From a virus (lineage: Duplodnaviria > Heunggongvirae > Uroviricota > Caudoviricetes): DNA of 37,397 nucleotides. The stretch is taken from the IMG/VR virus record IMGVR_UViG_2563366852_000004, positions 1 to 37,397 of that record, one strand, 5' to 3'. The notes beneath the pieces were generated by a model, which ran no database searches, had not been told where the DNA came from, and worked only from the letters and a program-made list of their open reading frames with translations. A program made the translations under genes and the position numbers. The stretch's first letter is position 1, and every line of letters starts with the position of its first letter. Positions 20,616-28,845 of this stretch are shown here, one piece after another.

Positions 20616-21239
20616 CTAACGTGTGACCGCATTCAAGATATTGTCTGCGATTGACTCTTCTTTGTGGCATTGCACCACCAGAGCGTCATACAGTGGCTTA
20701 ACAGTGCGTGACCAGGTGGGTTGAGTAAGGTTTGGGATTAGCATCGTTACAGCGCGATATGCAGCGCTTGCTGGCATTCTTGAATAGCCGACGCCTTTGC
20801 ATCTTCCGCACTCTTTCTCGACAACTCTCCCCCACTGCTCTGTTTTTGCTATATCAACCGCACGACCTGTACCGTGGCAATCTCTGCATCTTGCGCCCGG
20901 CGTCGCGGCACTACGGCAATAATCCGCATAAGCGAATGTTGCGAGCACTTGCAGCACCTTTGCCTTAGTATTTCCTTCGAGCTTTGCCACACCACGGTAT
21001 TTCCCCGATACCTTGTGTGCAAATTGCATCAGATAGTTGATAGCCTTTTGTTTGTCGTTCTGGCTGAGTTCGTGCTTACCACAGAATGCAGCCATTCCGA
21101 ATCCGGCTTGTGATTGCGCCATCCCCATAGCAGCCATCACATCAGTACCGGAAAGAGAGTCAGAAGCCGTGGCCCGTGCTGAGTCGCTCATCATTGGGCT
21201 TTTTGGCGAATGAAATTTAGCTACGCTTTCGAGTCTCAT
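20616..21239 (-). CDS. Q: Late antiterminator Q
   Basis: 207 aa, essentially identical to lambda Q from memory (MRLESVAKFHSPKSPMMSDS...). Confidence 0.9.
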   Translation of the reverse strand: MRLESVAKFHSPKSPMMSDSARATASDSLSGTDVMAAMGMAQSQAGFGMAAFCGKHELSQNDKQKAINYLMQFAHKVSGKYRGVAKLEGNTKAKVLQVLATFAYADYCRSAATPGARCRDCHGTGRAVDIAKTEQWGRVVEKECGRCKGVGYSRMPASAAYRAVTMLIPNLTQPTWSRTVKPLYDALVVQCHKEESIADNILNAVTR

Positions 21240-21424
21240 GGTCTTCCCCTCTTGCCCTGTTTGACCATCAGGACGCCGTTAACTATTACGTGACGCTCAC
21301 CTTTGCTGTCTCTGTTGTACTTGAGCACTGTTCCTCTTGCGCAGGAAAGCATCCTCGCCACTTCGGTCTGATTGCCTCGTGTCTGGATAAGAAGCTCCGG
21401 TATCGTTTGAATTGTGGCGTTCAT
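21236..21424 (-). CDS. ninH: NinH-like protein
   Basis: 62 aa; TIPELLIQTRGNQTEVARMLSCARGTVLKY resembles lambda NinH; lies immediately upstream of Q. Confidence 0.7.
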   Translation of the reverse strand: MNATIQTIPELLIQTRGNQTEVARMLSCARGTVLKYNRDSKGERHVIVNGVLMVKQGKRGRP

Positions 21425-21783
21425 ACGTTCTCCAGTTCGGTGATTTTTATTCCAAGCCTTCCGCCTGGTACTTTCACGCCACGAATTACGCGAATGTCAT
21501 CGAATTGCTCGTCGTCTTCCGCAAATCCGGCGTGGATAAGGGAGTCGAGTAAACCTTTCAGGATATTGTCGAGGTCGCGGCGGCGGGAGTCTGGAACGTC
21601 TGCGATGACTTTGATGCGGAGTCGTGATTTGGTGAAAATGTCTAACTTAAGTTGGCGGATGATTTGCTGAACGTCTTTTCGGTATTTCTGGCCTTTATCG
21701 CTGATGTAGTATTGGCTTCCCCGTCTTCGCCAGTAGGTGTTCAGCGACGGTGGGTACGGAAGTGTGAATCTGTATTCTGCCAT
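21421..21783 (-). CDS. rusA: Holliday junction resolvase RusA
   Basis: 120 aa; motifs LPYPPSLNTYWR and PDSRRRDLDNILKGLLDSL match RusA family. Confidence 0.85.
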   Translation of the reverse strand: MAEYRFTLPYPPSLNTYWRRRGSQYYISDKGQKYRKDVQQIIRQLKLDIFTKSRLRIKVIADVPDSRRRDLDNILKGLLDSLIHAGFAEDDEQFDDIRVIRGVKVPGGRLGIKITELENV

Positions 21784-22308
21784 TTATCCTCTCCCATGAT
21801 TATGGTGATACCCCAATCGTGATTCCGCCAATTTTCTGGCATTAACGGCTAGAGATATGTCATCGTATAATCCAAGAAATATCTTTTTATTATCACTGTT
21901 TATATATGCGCCCCACTTTTTATTCTTCTTATAGTAGGCAACCCCCATTACTCCAGAGCGATTATTAATAGGCTTTTTTCTGTTCCTTGAGTTCTGTTTA
22001 TCATCTACAACGCGCAAATTGCATATTCTGTTATCGCTTTTAACTCCATTTATGTGGTCAATTTCCCCATCAGGTTCACTTCCATAAAAGGATATCCATG
22101 CGATTCTATGAGCTCGACAAACTTTTTTATTTACAGATATACGAACGTATCCTTTTTCATCTATAGAACCAGCAATCTTACCGGCATATGTTGAATTCCA
22201 GCACTCTCTTACACTTTCTCTTCTCTTGTATATAAACAAACCTGTTTCGCTATTATATTCATACAATTCATTGATTTCTTTTTGTGTTGGATATCTTTTA
22301 CCGTTCAT
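21784..22308 (-). CDS. HNH homing endonuclease (HNH + AP2-like DNA-binding domain)
   Basis: 174 aa; CRAHRIAWISFYG...IDHINGVKSDNRICNLRVV (HNH core) followed by GVMGVAYYKKNKKWGAYI (AP2-like); clearly AT-rich relative to flanks. Confidence 0.75.
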   Translation of the reverse strand: MNGKRYPTQKEINELYEYNSETGLFIYKRRESVRECWNSTYAGKIAGSIDEKGYVRISVNKKVCRAHRIAWISFYGSEPDGEIDHINGVKSDNRICNLRVVDDKQNSRNRKKPINNRSGVMGVAYYKKNKKWGAYINSDNKKIFLGLYDDISLAVNARKLAESRLGYHHNHGRG

Positions 22309-22595
22309 GACTTAATCTTCCCCTCCTTCAGCAGTATCGCCTGCGTCCTGATCACGCCTTCGAGGTGGTAAAGTCTGGCGTCTTTGTTGTCGAGAATCCG
22401 GGTGCGTCGGTCGATCTCCGCGTGGCAGTCACTACAAGCCCATGCGCCGATCAGGTCGTCAGGCTTCATTCCCGTTCCGCAAATTCCAGTCATCCGGTAA
22501 TGTGCCAGAACTGTAGTTTCAGGGTTGCCATTGCATACGCCGTAAATACGTACCTGACATTCTCTTCCGCGCGCTTCTTTGCGTAGGTTAGCCAT
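22305..22595 (-). CDS. ybcO: YbcO-like protein (DUF1364, putative nuclease)
   Basis: 96 aa; RGRECQVRIYGVCNGNPETTVLAHYR...CSDCHAEIDRR resembles E. coli DLP12 YbcO from memory. Confidence 0.65.
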   Translation of the reverse strand: MANLRKEARGRECQVRIYGVCNGNPETTVLAHYRMTGICGTGMKPDDLIGAWACSDCHAEIDRRTRILDNKDARLYHLEGVIRTQAILLKEGKIKS

Positions 22596-23318
22596 TAAGC
22601 AGCCTCCCCTGTTACTTTCAGCATTCCGTTATCGAGCAGCTTTCTGGTCAGCCACTGTTGACCACGCCCGGTGATTTTTGTGGTGAACGATATCTGTATT
22701 CCGTGATTTGTGTTGACCGCTGTTTCTTTCACTGTGAAATAACCGCGATCCATATATTCCTGCATTGGCACATTTCGCCGGAAACCTGAAGCAATAAGGA
22801 TTTTGTGATCACGCATCCACGCAAACAGTTTGTTCGGACCAATACCGACAACCTTTGCAAAGTTTCCAATCAAAATTCCGCTGGCCTCGCCAACGCGATC
22901 GGCAAACTCAACTTTAGGTGCGGCAATTGCGAGCTGGTTTTCCAGTTGCATTTTCTGCTCAGCAAGATCAGCAGCAAGGCGCAACGCTTCTGGTAGCGTT
23001 TTGGGGATATTAACCGCAGCTTCTTCAAGCTCTCGCCAACGGTCAACAAGACGAGCGGTGAATTCCGGCGACAACTGAGCGACGACAATAATGCTGTCTC
23101 GCTTACCTTGTTCGCCCTCAAAAACGTAAGCCTCTACGCCACGAAGTAATCCTAAGTTATTGATTTTTTTCGAAAACCACCATTGGGGGATTTCGGATCA
23201 CACCTCGAGCCGCCAGTCGTTCAATAGATTGTTTCACCTTGTCATGACGACTTCCCACCAACTCAGCGATTTCAATGCTTGTCATTTTGATGGCATTGCC
23301 ATTCATTAACTCACTCAT
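22595..23318 (-). pseudogene. Antirepressor (Rha-like N-terminus + KilA-C/ANT C-terminus) split by a frameshift in a homopolymer tract
   Basis: Manual translation gives a 53 aa N-terminal fragment (ATG 23316-23318 with GAGGA RBS; MSELMNGNAIKMTSIEIAELVGSRHDKVKQSIERLAARGVIRNPPMVVFEKNQ*) ending at TAA 23157-23159. The C-terminal KilA-C-like part (ORF 22595..23074) is open upstream in the +1 frame. The two frames join across a T7 run (plus strand 23164-23170); one fewer base would give a continuous protein of about 240 aa. Confidence 0.6.
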
Positions 23319-23487
23319 CGTCTTCTTCCTCGTACATTGAGCTATTCGGATCGCTCATCAGTTCTGCACAGCAGTGCTCACACACGTGAACTTCCAGCAC
23401 ATGCAGCTTCTGACCGCAGTTAGCGCACGTTAAAGCCCGCTCGACGCTTTCTTTCTGGTATTGAATGGATTGGGATGGGCTAAGCAT
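23311..23487 (-). CDS. ninF: NinF
   Basis: Manual translation: [58 protein letters not shown] (58 aa), matching lambda NinF from memory. Below the ORF-track size cutoff. Confidence 0.75.
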   Translation of the reverse strand: MLSPSQSIQYQKESVERALTCANCGQKLHVLEVHVCEHCCAELMSDPNSSMYEEEDDE

Positions 23488-23833
23488 TATTGGCGTCCTG
23501 CATCATGAGAAATACAATCATGGCGGCGCGGAGTGGGTTGTTGTCTATGGTAATAAATTCACAAAATCTATCCGCCTCCCACCAATATTCATTCTTCATT
23601 CCAGGATTATTTCTTTCGTATGCACATATGCTGATCTGATGTTTTGCAATTACAGGCCATGCATCTGCTGGGTTATTGCAGTAGTCGTACCATCGATAAT
23701 TACCATTTACTTCATTGCCAACAGACCGTCCATCTGCGTTGTGCGGATAACCTAATGGTTTTGCCCCAACTATCGCTTTAAATACTCGCTTGTTAATTTC
23801 AAAATCACTTAACTGTGAATAATCCATTGTCAT
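23480..23833 (-). CDS. Hypothetical nin-region protein
   Basis: ORF-track entry 23480..23869 trimmed to the internal ATG ([15 protein letters not shown]...) whose start overlaps the upstream stop in an ATGA arrangement; about 117 aa. Confidence 0.55.
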   Translation of the reverse strand: MTMDYSQLSDFEINKRVFKAIVGAKPLGYPHNADGRSVGNEVNGNYRWYDYCNNPADAWPVIAKHQISICAYERNNPGMKNEYWWEADRFCEFITIDNNPLRAAMIVFLMMQDANNA

Positions 23834-24006
23834 TTCCTCGCACGATATCTTAGCCACCGGATATCCCACAGGTGAGCTGTGTAATTGAAGGTTTTTACGT
23901 CAGATTCTTTTGGGATTGGCTTGCGTTTATTTCTGGAGCGTTTCGTTGGAAGGTATTTGCAGTTTTCGCAGATGATGTCGGTGAAACTTCGTCGCTGTCG
24001 CCTCAT
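23830..24006 (-). CDS. ninE: NinE-like protein
   Basis: Internal ATG at 24004-24006 overlaps the methylase stop (ATGA). The 58 aa product [58 protein letters not shown] resembles lambda NinE from memory. Confidence 0.65.
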   Translation of the reverse strand: MRRQRRSFTDIICENCKYLPTKRSRNKRKPIPKESDVKTFNYTAHLWDIRWLRYRARK

Positions 24007-24529
24007 GCCGCCCTCCTGACGCCCTGCCCGATCGCCATCAATGCCGCTTTGGATACGGTAGTAAACATCCGTCGAGGACTGATGAACGGTCGCCAAATCA
24101 GCAGCATGGAGCCTTTGCTGTTTCCCTTCTTCTCCAGCCCTGTCGATGGTTCGATAAAATTAATCCGTCCATCAGTGATAATGCGAACTTCGTCGACACT
24201 CTCCAGAGCCTTGCTGAACCATCCGACTGACATATCCTCTGGCACAAGCATAACTACCGTCTGTCGCTGTTGTATGCACTGCTCAGCGGCTTTTTCCACC
24301 CACGGCCTGATATTGCTGTACGGTGGGTTATTCCAGATTGCCCGTGGCTTATCCACTCAGAATTTAGCGCGTCGTCGGCCTCAGTTAGCCAGTGAGCACA
24401 CAGAGCATTTTTGTCGCTCGCTGCCGAATCCAGCCAGAATCCAAACTCAATATCCAGTGCATCAAAAAGCCAAAGCGGCGTTTGCCAGCAGTCCTTGTCG
24501 TGTGCTGGCGTATTTGATTTGATAGTCAT
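24003..24529 (-). pseudogene. Phage Dam-like DNA N6-adenine methyltransferase, frameshifted
   Basis: N-terminal part (MTIKSNTPAHDKDCWQTPLWLFDALDIEFGF...ADDALNSEW, frame of ORF 24254..24589) and C-terminal part containing the catalytic NPPY motif (DKPRAIWNNPPYSN..., ORF 24003..24356) lie in different frames. Minus-strand GAGTGGATAAGCC would read E-W-D-K if it were GAGTGGGATAAGCC, i.e. a single G missing from a G run near 24353-24357. Confidence 0.6.
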
Positions 24530-24966
24530 GCTGCCCGATCTCCCCATCGCGCTTTCCATTCGAGAGCCAGTCGAGCTTCGTCTGACCACTTAACGCCACG
24601 CTCTGTACCGAATGCCTGTATAAGCTCTAATAGCTCCGCAAATTCGCTTACACGCATCCTGCTTGTTGACTGGCCTATTACCACAAAGCCATTCCCGGCA
24701 AGGTTAGGAACAACGTCCTGCTGCTTTAATGCTGCGGTAAACACACACTTCCAGCTTTCTGCATCCAGCCAGCGACCATGCCATTCAACCTGACGAGAGA
24801 CGTCACCAAGGCAAGCCCAAAGCTTTCGATTCTGGTCTAAGCTGCGGTTGCGTTCCTGAATGGTTACTACGATTGGTTTGGTTGGGTCTGGAAGGATTTG
24901 CTGGATGGCTTGAATGGCGTTCTGCTGATGGATGGGGCTTCTTAGTTCAAACGTTAGTTTCCTCAT
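24526..24966 (-). CDS. ninB: NinB (recombination protein)
   Basis: 146 aa, nearly identical to lambda NinB from memory (LTFELRSP.HQQNAI.A.QQILPDPTKPIVVTIQERNRSLDQNRKLWACLGDVSRQVEWHGRWLDAESWKCVFTAALKQQDVVPNLAGNGFVVIGQSTSRMRV). Confidence 0.85.
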   Translation of the reverse strand: MRKLTFELRSPIHQQNAIQAIQQILPDPTKPIVVTIQERNRSLDQNRKLWACLGDVSRQVEWHGRWLDAESWKCVFTAALKQQDVVPNLAGNGFVVIGQSTSRMRVSEFAELLELIQAFGTERGVKWSDEARLALEWKARWGDRAA

Positions 24967-25201
24967 GGCTCACCTTCTGCACGCATGGATTAATTAACGC
25001 CAAAATAGCTTCTGGTTTCTCAATAACATCGAACCGCTCACCACTTGCCATTCTTACAATCGTAAATCCGGCATCAAATAGGGTTTCGATGTTGTCAGAG
25101 TTAACGTACAAGGGCTCATATGCACTTCTGGTGCTTTCTATCGCGCTTGTGCTTGGTGGCTGATAGATGCTGCATCGCATGGTTAATTTGATAAATGACA
25201 T
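24947..25201 (-). CDS. Hypothetical nin-region protein
   Basis: 84 aa ORF in operon orientation; exact start uncertain. Confidence 0.45.
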   Translation of the reverse strand: MSFIKLTMRCSIYQPPSTSAIESTRSAYEPLYVNSDNIETLFDAGFTIVRMASGERFDVIEKPEAILALINPCVQKVSHEETNV

Positions 25202-25205
25202 ATAC

Positions 25206-25484
25206 TCACTCCTTCACTTTGATTCCAGCAGCGCGGATGGATTCATCGATATCGTCACGGTCGTACACAGCAATAGCATCACTGACAAACCATACAGGCA
25301 ACTCAATTTCAATAGCTGCTCGCGATGCCTGCCATAAAGTCCACCACTCATTTAAGGAGTGACGAATATCCATGCTTGAAAATGCAAAGTACCTATCACC
25401 ATTTCTTGCCTCGGTTATCATCTCGAATGGTAATCTCAATTTTTTGGCAACGTATTCCTCAAACTGCTTTCTTGATTCGTCCAT
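25206..25484 (-). CDS. Hypothetical nin-region protein
   Basis: 92 aa ORF in operon orientation, compact spacing with neighbours. Confidence 0.5.
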   Translation of the reverse strand: MDESRKQFEEYVAKKLRLPFEMITEARNGDRYFAFSSMDIRHSLNEWWTLWQASRAAIEIELPVWFVSDAIAVYDRDDIDESIRAAGIKVKE

Positions 25485-25501
25485 CGATACTTACCCTCAG
25501 T

Positions 25502-25708
25502 TCAACTCACAAAACGCCACGCCATTTTTGCTACAGCGACAGGCATAACACCGATAATCACCCAGACAAATGCAGCGCCAAACAACGTATACCATGGGTC
25601 TTTACCGTCATTCACAAGACGAATGTAGCTATGCAGAACAATAAAAAACGTCAGAAGAATCCATCCAACGCCAACGCATTTGAGTGCGACGAGCATAAAC
25701 TCAGCCAC
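25502..25708 (-). CDS. Small membrane protein (two predicted TM helices)
   Basis: 68 aa; GTG start preceded by GGGGGAG; hydrophobic segments LVALKCVGVGWILLTFFIVL and LFGAAFVWVIIGVMPVAV; first gene after the tR2-like terminator. Confidence 0.45.
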   Translation of the reverse strand: MAEFMLVALKCVGVGWILLTFFIVLHSYIRLVNDGKDPWYTLFGAAFVWVIIGVMPVAVAKMAWRFVS

Positions 25709-25726
25709 GATTTACTCTCCCCCAAA

Positions 25727-25761
25727 TAAAAAGGCCTGCGATTACCAGCAGGCCTTTTATT
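25727..25761 (-). terminator. tR2-like intrinsic terminator between the replication genes and the nin region
   Basis: GGCCTGC-gattacca-GCAGGCC flanked by an A-run on one side and a T-run on the other (symmetric, so it could act on either strand); lies just downstream of the helicase stop on the minus strand. Confidence 0.55.
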
Positions 25762-25780
25762 AGCTCAGTGATGTAGATGG

Positions 25781-27157
25781 TCATACGTCAGCCCCTTGTG
25801 CATATCGTCTGCCACGTGCAGCGGGTGCATTTGATGCTGTGCAAATCTGCCTGGCTTCATCCTGGTCGCATGCAACAAAGTGTCCGTTGCAGAACCGCTG
25901 GTAAACCGTACCAAGTGAGCCAAAACGGTTTTTCGTCACGATGATTTCAGCAAATGGCGCGGCGCTACTGTTCTCGTCATATACCGCTTCCCGATAGAGC
26001 ATGATGATTGAGTCTGCGTCCTGCTCAATGCTTCCTGAATCACGCAAATCTGCGTTTGTCGGGCGTTTGTTTGGTCGCTTCTCAACATCGCGCGAAAGCT
26101 GACTCAGGGAGATAACAGGCGTTTTCAAGTCTTTCGCCATCGCCTTCAGGCTTCCTGAGATGTGAGCAATTGCGAGGTCGTTGCGGTCTGCTTTCGGCTT
26201 CTCAATCAGGCCAAGATAATCCGCCATGATGAGTGAGAGGTTTGGATTTTCCTGTTTGTGCCGTTCTGCGATTGAGCGTATTTCTTCGACCGATAACCGC
26301 GAGGCATCGACTACCCATACATCCAAATCTGCAAGCTGACTCATGCCGTTAGCAACACGTGCCCAGCCCTCGTCATCCATTGATGCAGGATTTCGCAGTA
26401 CGCTAACCGACATCCTCCCGGCGTTGGCAATGCTTCGCTCTGCAATCTGCAATGCGCTCATTTCCATTGAGAAAATCAATACTCCGCGCCGGACGTCAGA
26501 ACCAGGAATAACGCGGCTTGCAACGCCTTCGGCAATCTTCAGCGCCAGTTCGGTTTTCCCCATACCAGGACGAGCAGCGATTATCACCAGGTCTTCCGCG
26601 TTCATCCCTCCGGTGATGGCATCAAGTTCTTCGATTCCGGTCTTCAGGGTATCTGACTCTTCTCCGTTCCTCAGACGCCTGTCAAGCGTGTCAGTGTAGT
26701 CAGTAATGATTTCCCCTAACCGTACAGGTTTAACCTCGTCACGGGGCTTTCTGATGGCTGAAAGACGCTTTACAAGTTCATCCATCGCCTGACTCGATGC
26801 GTCGATGGTTCCGCTCTGAATTGGTTCACGCATTTCATCCATGATTTCCAGCACCAGACGGCGGTGATAGTTATCCGCGACCATTCCGGCATATCCCTTC
26901 AGGTTTGCGGCACTCGGGCAGTTTTTGCTGGTCATCAGGATTGACGTGAAATGCTCCTCTCCGCACGCCTCGGCAACCATCAGCGCATCGATTAGGTTTC
27001 TGTTTCTCGCCTGCTTGCGGATAACCTCGAAGGCTTTCCGGTAGAGCGGAATTGAAAACGCTTCCGGCTCCAGCGTTGCCAGAACGTCGCTGGCGGTTGG
27101 TGTTAATCCACCAATCAGCAGGCCACCGATAACGCTCGCTTCGATATCCTGTCTCAT
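25781..27157 (-). CDS. Replicative DNA helicase (DnaB family, P22 gene 12-like)
   Basis: 458 aa; Walker [16 protein letters not shown] with the usual DnaB C-terminal RecA-like fold motifs; 4-nt overlap with the O-like gene. Confidence 0.9.
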   Translation of the reverse strand: MRQDIEASVIGGLLIGGLTPTASDVLATLEPEAFSIPLYRKAFEVIRKQARNRNLIDALMVAEACGEEHFTSILMTSKNCPSAANLKGYAGMVADNYHRRLVLEIMDEMREPIQSGTIDASSQAMDELVKRLSAIRKPRDEVKPVRLGEIITDYTDTLDRRLRNGEESDTLKTGIEELDAITGGMNAEDLVIIAARPGMGKTELALKIAEGVASRVIPGSDVRRGVLIFSMEMSALQIAERSIANAGRMSVSVLRNPASMDDEGWARVANGMSQLADLDVWVVDASRLSVEEIRSIAERHKQENPNLSLIMADYLGLIEKPKADRNDLAIAHISGSLKAMAKDLKTPVISLSQLSRDVEKRPNKRPTNADLRDSGSIEQDADSIIMLYREAVYDENSSAAPFAEIIVTKNRFGSLGTVYQRFCNGHFVACDQDEARQICTASNAPAARGRRYAQGADV

Positions 27158-27975
27158 GCAATCCCCCTGTCTGCAAACTTCCCTTCCCGTACTCCAGTTA
27201 ACGAATCTTCCCTCAGCAGGTAATCAAAATCAGCTGTCCAGCCCGTGTCGTTGTCTCCGAAGTAAAACGGCTTGGCCTGATGCACAAACGCCCTGACATA
27301 CGCTCTGAAACCGTCCACGTTTGGCGTTTTCAGTTGCGGGATGATTTTCTTCAGGCGGCGTTTGCGTTTCTCGTTGACCGCAACAGCGTGTGGCAGTCTG
27401 TCACCGACTTCGGTGTTGTAGGCGTTCAGGAAGGATTCGTAGTCGATTCGTTCTGCCTTGCGACGTTCAGGTTTAACCTGCCCATCGCCACCCCCGTTAG
27501 GGGGTAAGGGGGTATTTGTATTTATTGTCTTTTGTATATTGTCTTTTGTGTTTAGCTGACTTGGCTTATACCCATTAGCCGACTTGGCTAATGTTTTATT
27601 AGCTGTTTTAGCTAATGTTAAGCTGTCCTGGCTAATCCACTGAGAAACCACCTTGTTCACTCCGATTTTCACGCCATCAGCAATGAGGAATTTACGCTCG
27701 ATAAGCTGGCGCTTGGCAGCGCAAACATGAGTGTGATGAATACCTGTCATGGCTGCTATCTGCGTGTTTGTGAGTCGATCCATCGGCTTATTGAATCCGT
27801 ATGTCTTGCGCATGATAGCGAGCATCACCTTCAACTGCCGGACGGTTAAATCAGCCATCAGCAGACTGTCGGTAATCTCGTTAGCAACGCGCATGAAACC
27901 ATCTTCGGTATCTGCCACGCGATGCTCCACGACCTCAAGTTGAGGCCTGTAATCAGCTAACTTAACGACGCCCAT
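27154..27975 (-). CDS. Replication initiator (lambda O / P22 gene 18-like)
   Basis: 273 aa; the N-terminal region resembles lambda O and the iteron-type origin lies inside the coding sequence (27511-27640). Confidence 0.8.
   Translation of the reverse strand: MGVVKLADYRPQLEVVEHRVADTEDGFMRVANEITDSLLMADLTVRQLKVMLAIMRKTYGFNKPMDRLTNTQIAAMTGIHHTHVCAAKRQLIERKFLIADGVKIGVNKVVSQWISQDSLTLAKTANKTLAKSANGYKPSQLNTKDNIQKTINTNTPLPPNGGGDGQVKPERRKAERIDYESFLNAYNTEVGDRLPHAVAVNEKRKRRLKKIIPQLKTPNVDGFRAYVRAFVHQAKPFYFGDNDTGWTADFDYLLREDSLTGVREGKFADRGIA
27511..27640. repeat. Replication origin: four ~19-bp iterons plus adjacent AT-rich region inside the O-like gene
   Basis: Plus strand iterons ttagcTGACTTGGCTtata, ttagcCGACTTGGCTaatg, ttagcTGTTTTAGCTaatg and taagcTGTCCTGGCTaatc at about 20-bp spacing (about 27553-27638), flanked at 27511-27551 by AT-rich ggtatttgtatttattgtcttttgtatattgtcttttgtg. 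Confidence 0.7.
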
Positions 27976-28122
27976 GTTTCACTCCTGCTTTGGCTAGTCT
28001 GTAAACACCAACAAGGCGCTCTGCGAACGCCCTGTTATTTGCTGCGGCTACCACTAATCCCTCAGGTGAATCAGGGTGTCGAATCTCTTCTTTTTCCTGG
28101 TATTTCTTACGACGTTTTGTCA
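27962..28122 (-). CDS. Small hypothetical protein between cII and O
   Basis: Manual translation: ATG at 28120-28122 with AGGAG 5 nt upstream; 53 aa basic protein ([53 protein letters not shown]); 3' end overlaps the O start. Confidence 0.4.
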
Positions 28123-28157
28123 TAATTACTCCTGTGGATTGATCCAGTCTTTCTACA

Positions 28158-28436
28158 TCAGGCCTCGAAGAATTCGCCGTTCTTCGGGGCTTTTTCTTTT
28201 GTCAGCATTCTGGCTACTTTCTTAGCCAGTTCCGCCAACTCCTCGTCTTCAACACCCCATTCAAGAACAGCAAGAAGCATTCCCATTTTGGGGATGAAGC
28301 TGTCTTTCCATCGCGAAATTTGCGATTCATTAATCCCTAACGCGTCGGCAACCTTTCGCTGACCACGTACAGCAATTCGATTCAGGATGTTGCTTGTAAT
28401 TGCATTCGCTTTCTTGCGAGTACTTGTAAGTTGCAT
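28158..28436 (-). CDS. cII: Transcriptional activator CII
   Basis: 92 aa; SQISRWK....IPK..MLLAVLEWGV matches lambda CII from memory. Confidence 0.85.
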   Translation of the reverse strand: MQLTSTRKKANAITSNILNRIAVRGQRKVADALGINESQISRWKDSFIPKMGMLLAVLEWGVEDEELAELAKKVARMLTKEKAPKNGEFFEA

Positions 28437-28470
28437 ATGTAAGTATTTCCTTAACTAATAAGAAGTTATG

Positions 28471-28489
28471 CGCATCAACTTATGCGCGT
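28471..28489 (-). terminator. tR1-position hairpin between cro and cII
   Basis: Minus strand GCGCAT-AAGTTG-ATGCGC immediately downstream of nutR; no strong U-tract, so possibly Rho-dependent or a pause site. Confidence 0.3.
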
Positions 28490-28493
28490 TGTA

Positions 28494-28538
28494 TTCCCGC
28501 ATTTCGGCGGGAATGAGGACCATGACTGTTAAAGAGCG
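28494..28538 (-). promoter_or_regulatory. nutR (boxA + boxB)
   Basis: Minus strand boxA-like CGCTCTTTAACA followed by boxB hairpin CCCGCCGAAATGCGGG; the same boxA and boxB recur at nutL. Confidence 0.6.
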
Positions 28539-28544
28539 GTGTTA

Positions 28545-28739
28545 CTATTTGTTTTTCTTGTTGCTTGGGAAAGGACGAACTTCCTCTCCAATCACACTGC
28601 CATCAGGCTTTACCGTAACCATGATGTTACGGCCTGCCAGAATGGCCTTGCTGATAGCGCACTGGATTACACCAAAGTCACTGGCTGCTTTAGCCTGTCC
28701 ATGGATTTTGGCGTAATCGGCAAGTGTCATTCGAATCAT
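28545..28739 (-). CDS. cro: Cro repressor
   Basis: ORF-track entry 28545..28745 trimmed to the ATG at 28737-28739; [15 protein letters not shown]...AISKAI.AGR.I......DGSV..EEV.PFPSNKK matches lambda Cro from memory. Confidence 0.85.
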   Translation of the reverse strand: MIRMTLADYAKIHGQAKAASDFGVIQCAISKAILAGRNIMVTVKPDGSVIGEEVRPFPSNKKNK

Positions 28740-28768
28740 ATGCACTCTCCGTTATTAACCATGAACAA

Positions 28769-28797
28769 AGAATACTACAGGTATTCAAAACAATCAA
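28769..28797 (-). promoter_or_regulatory. pR promoter (candidate)
   Basis: Minus strand TTGATT, 17-nt spacer, TATTCT; the -10 overlaps the operator site nearest cro. Confidence 0.45.
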
Positions 28798-28834
28798 TAC
28801 TCAGGGTATTTTTAATTTAAGTACCTTAGCTATT
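28771..28834. promoter_or_regulatory. oR operator region: three sites (AATAC-N5-GTATT consensus)
   Basis: AATACTACAGGTATT (28771-28785), AATACTCAGGGTATT (28796-28810) and degenerate AGTACCTTAGCTATT (28820-28834) at about 24-25 bp centre spacing between the divergent cro and cI starts. Confidence 0.65.
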
Positions 28835-28845
28835 AGAATTAAGCT

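Noticed and set aside
22595-23318. Programmed ribosomal frameshift in the antirepressor
   Set aside because: No slippery heptamer with a downstream structure of the kind used in phage tail-chaperone frameshifts is evident, and both parts together form a standard single-polypeptide antirepressor; a mutational or sequencing indel is more parsimonious.
23872-24522. 216 aa plus-strand ORF
   Set aside because: It is entirely antisense to the Dam-like methylase and NinE genes, has no RBS and a low-complexity Ser/Ala/Arg-rich composition typical of a chance ORF opposite a coding strand.
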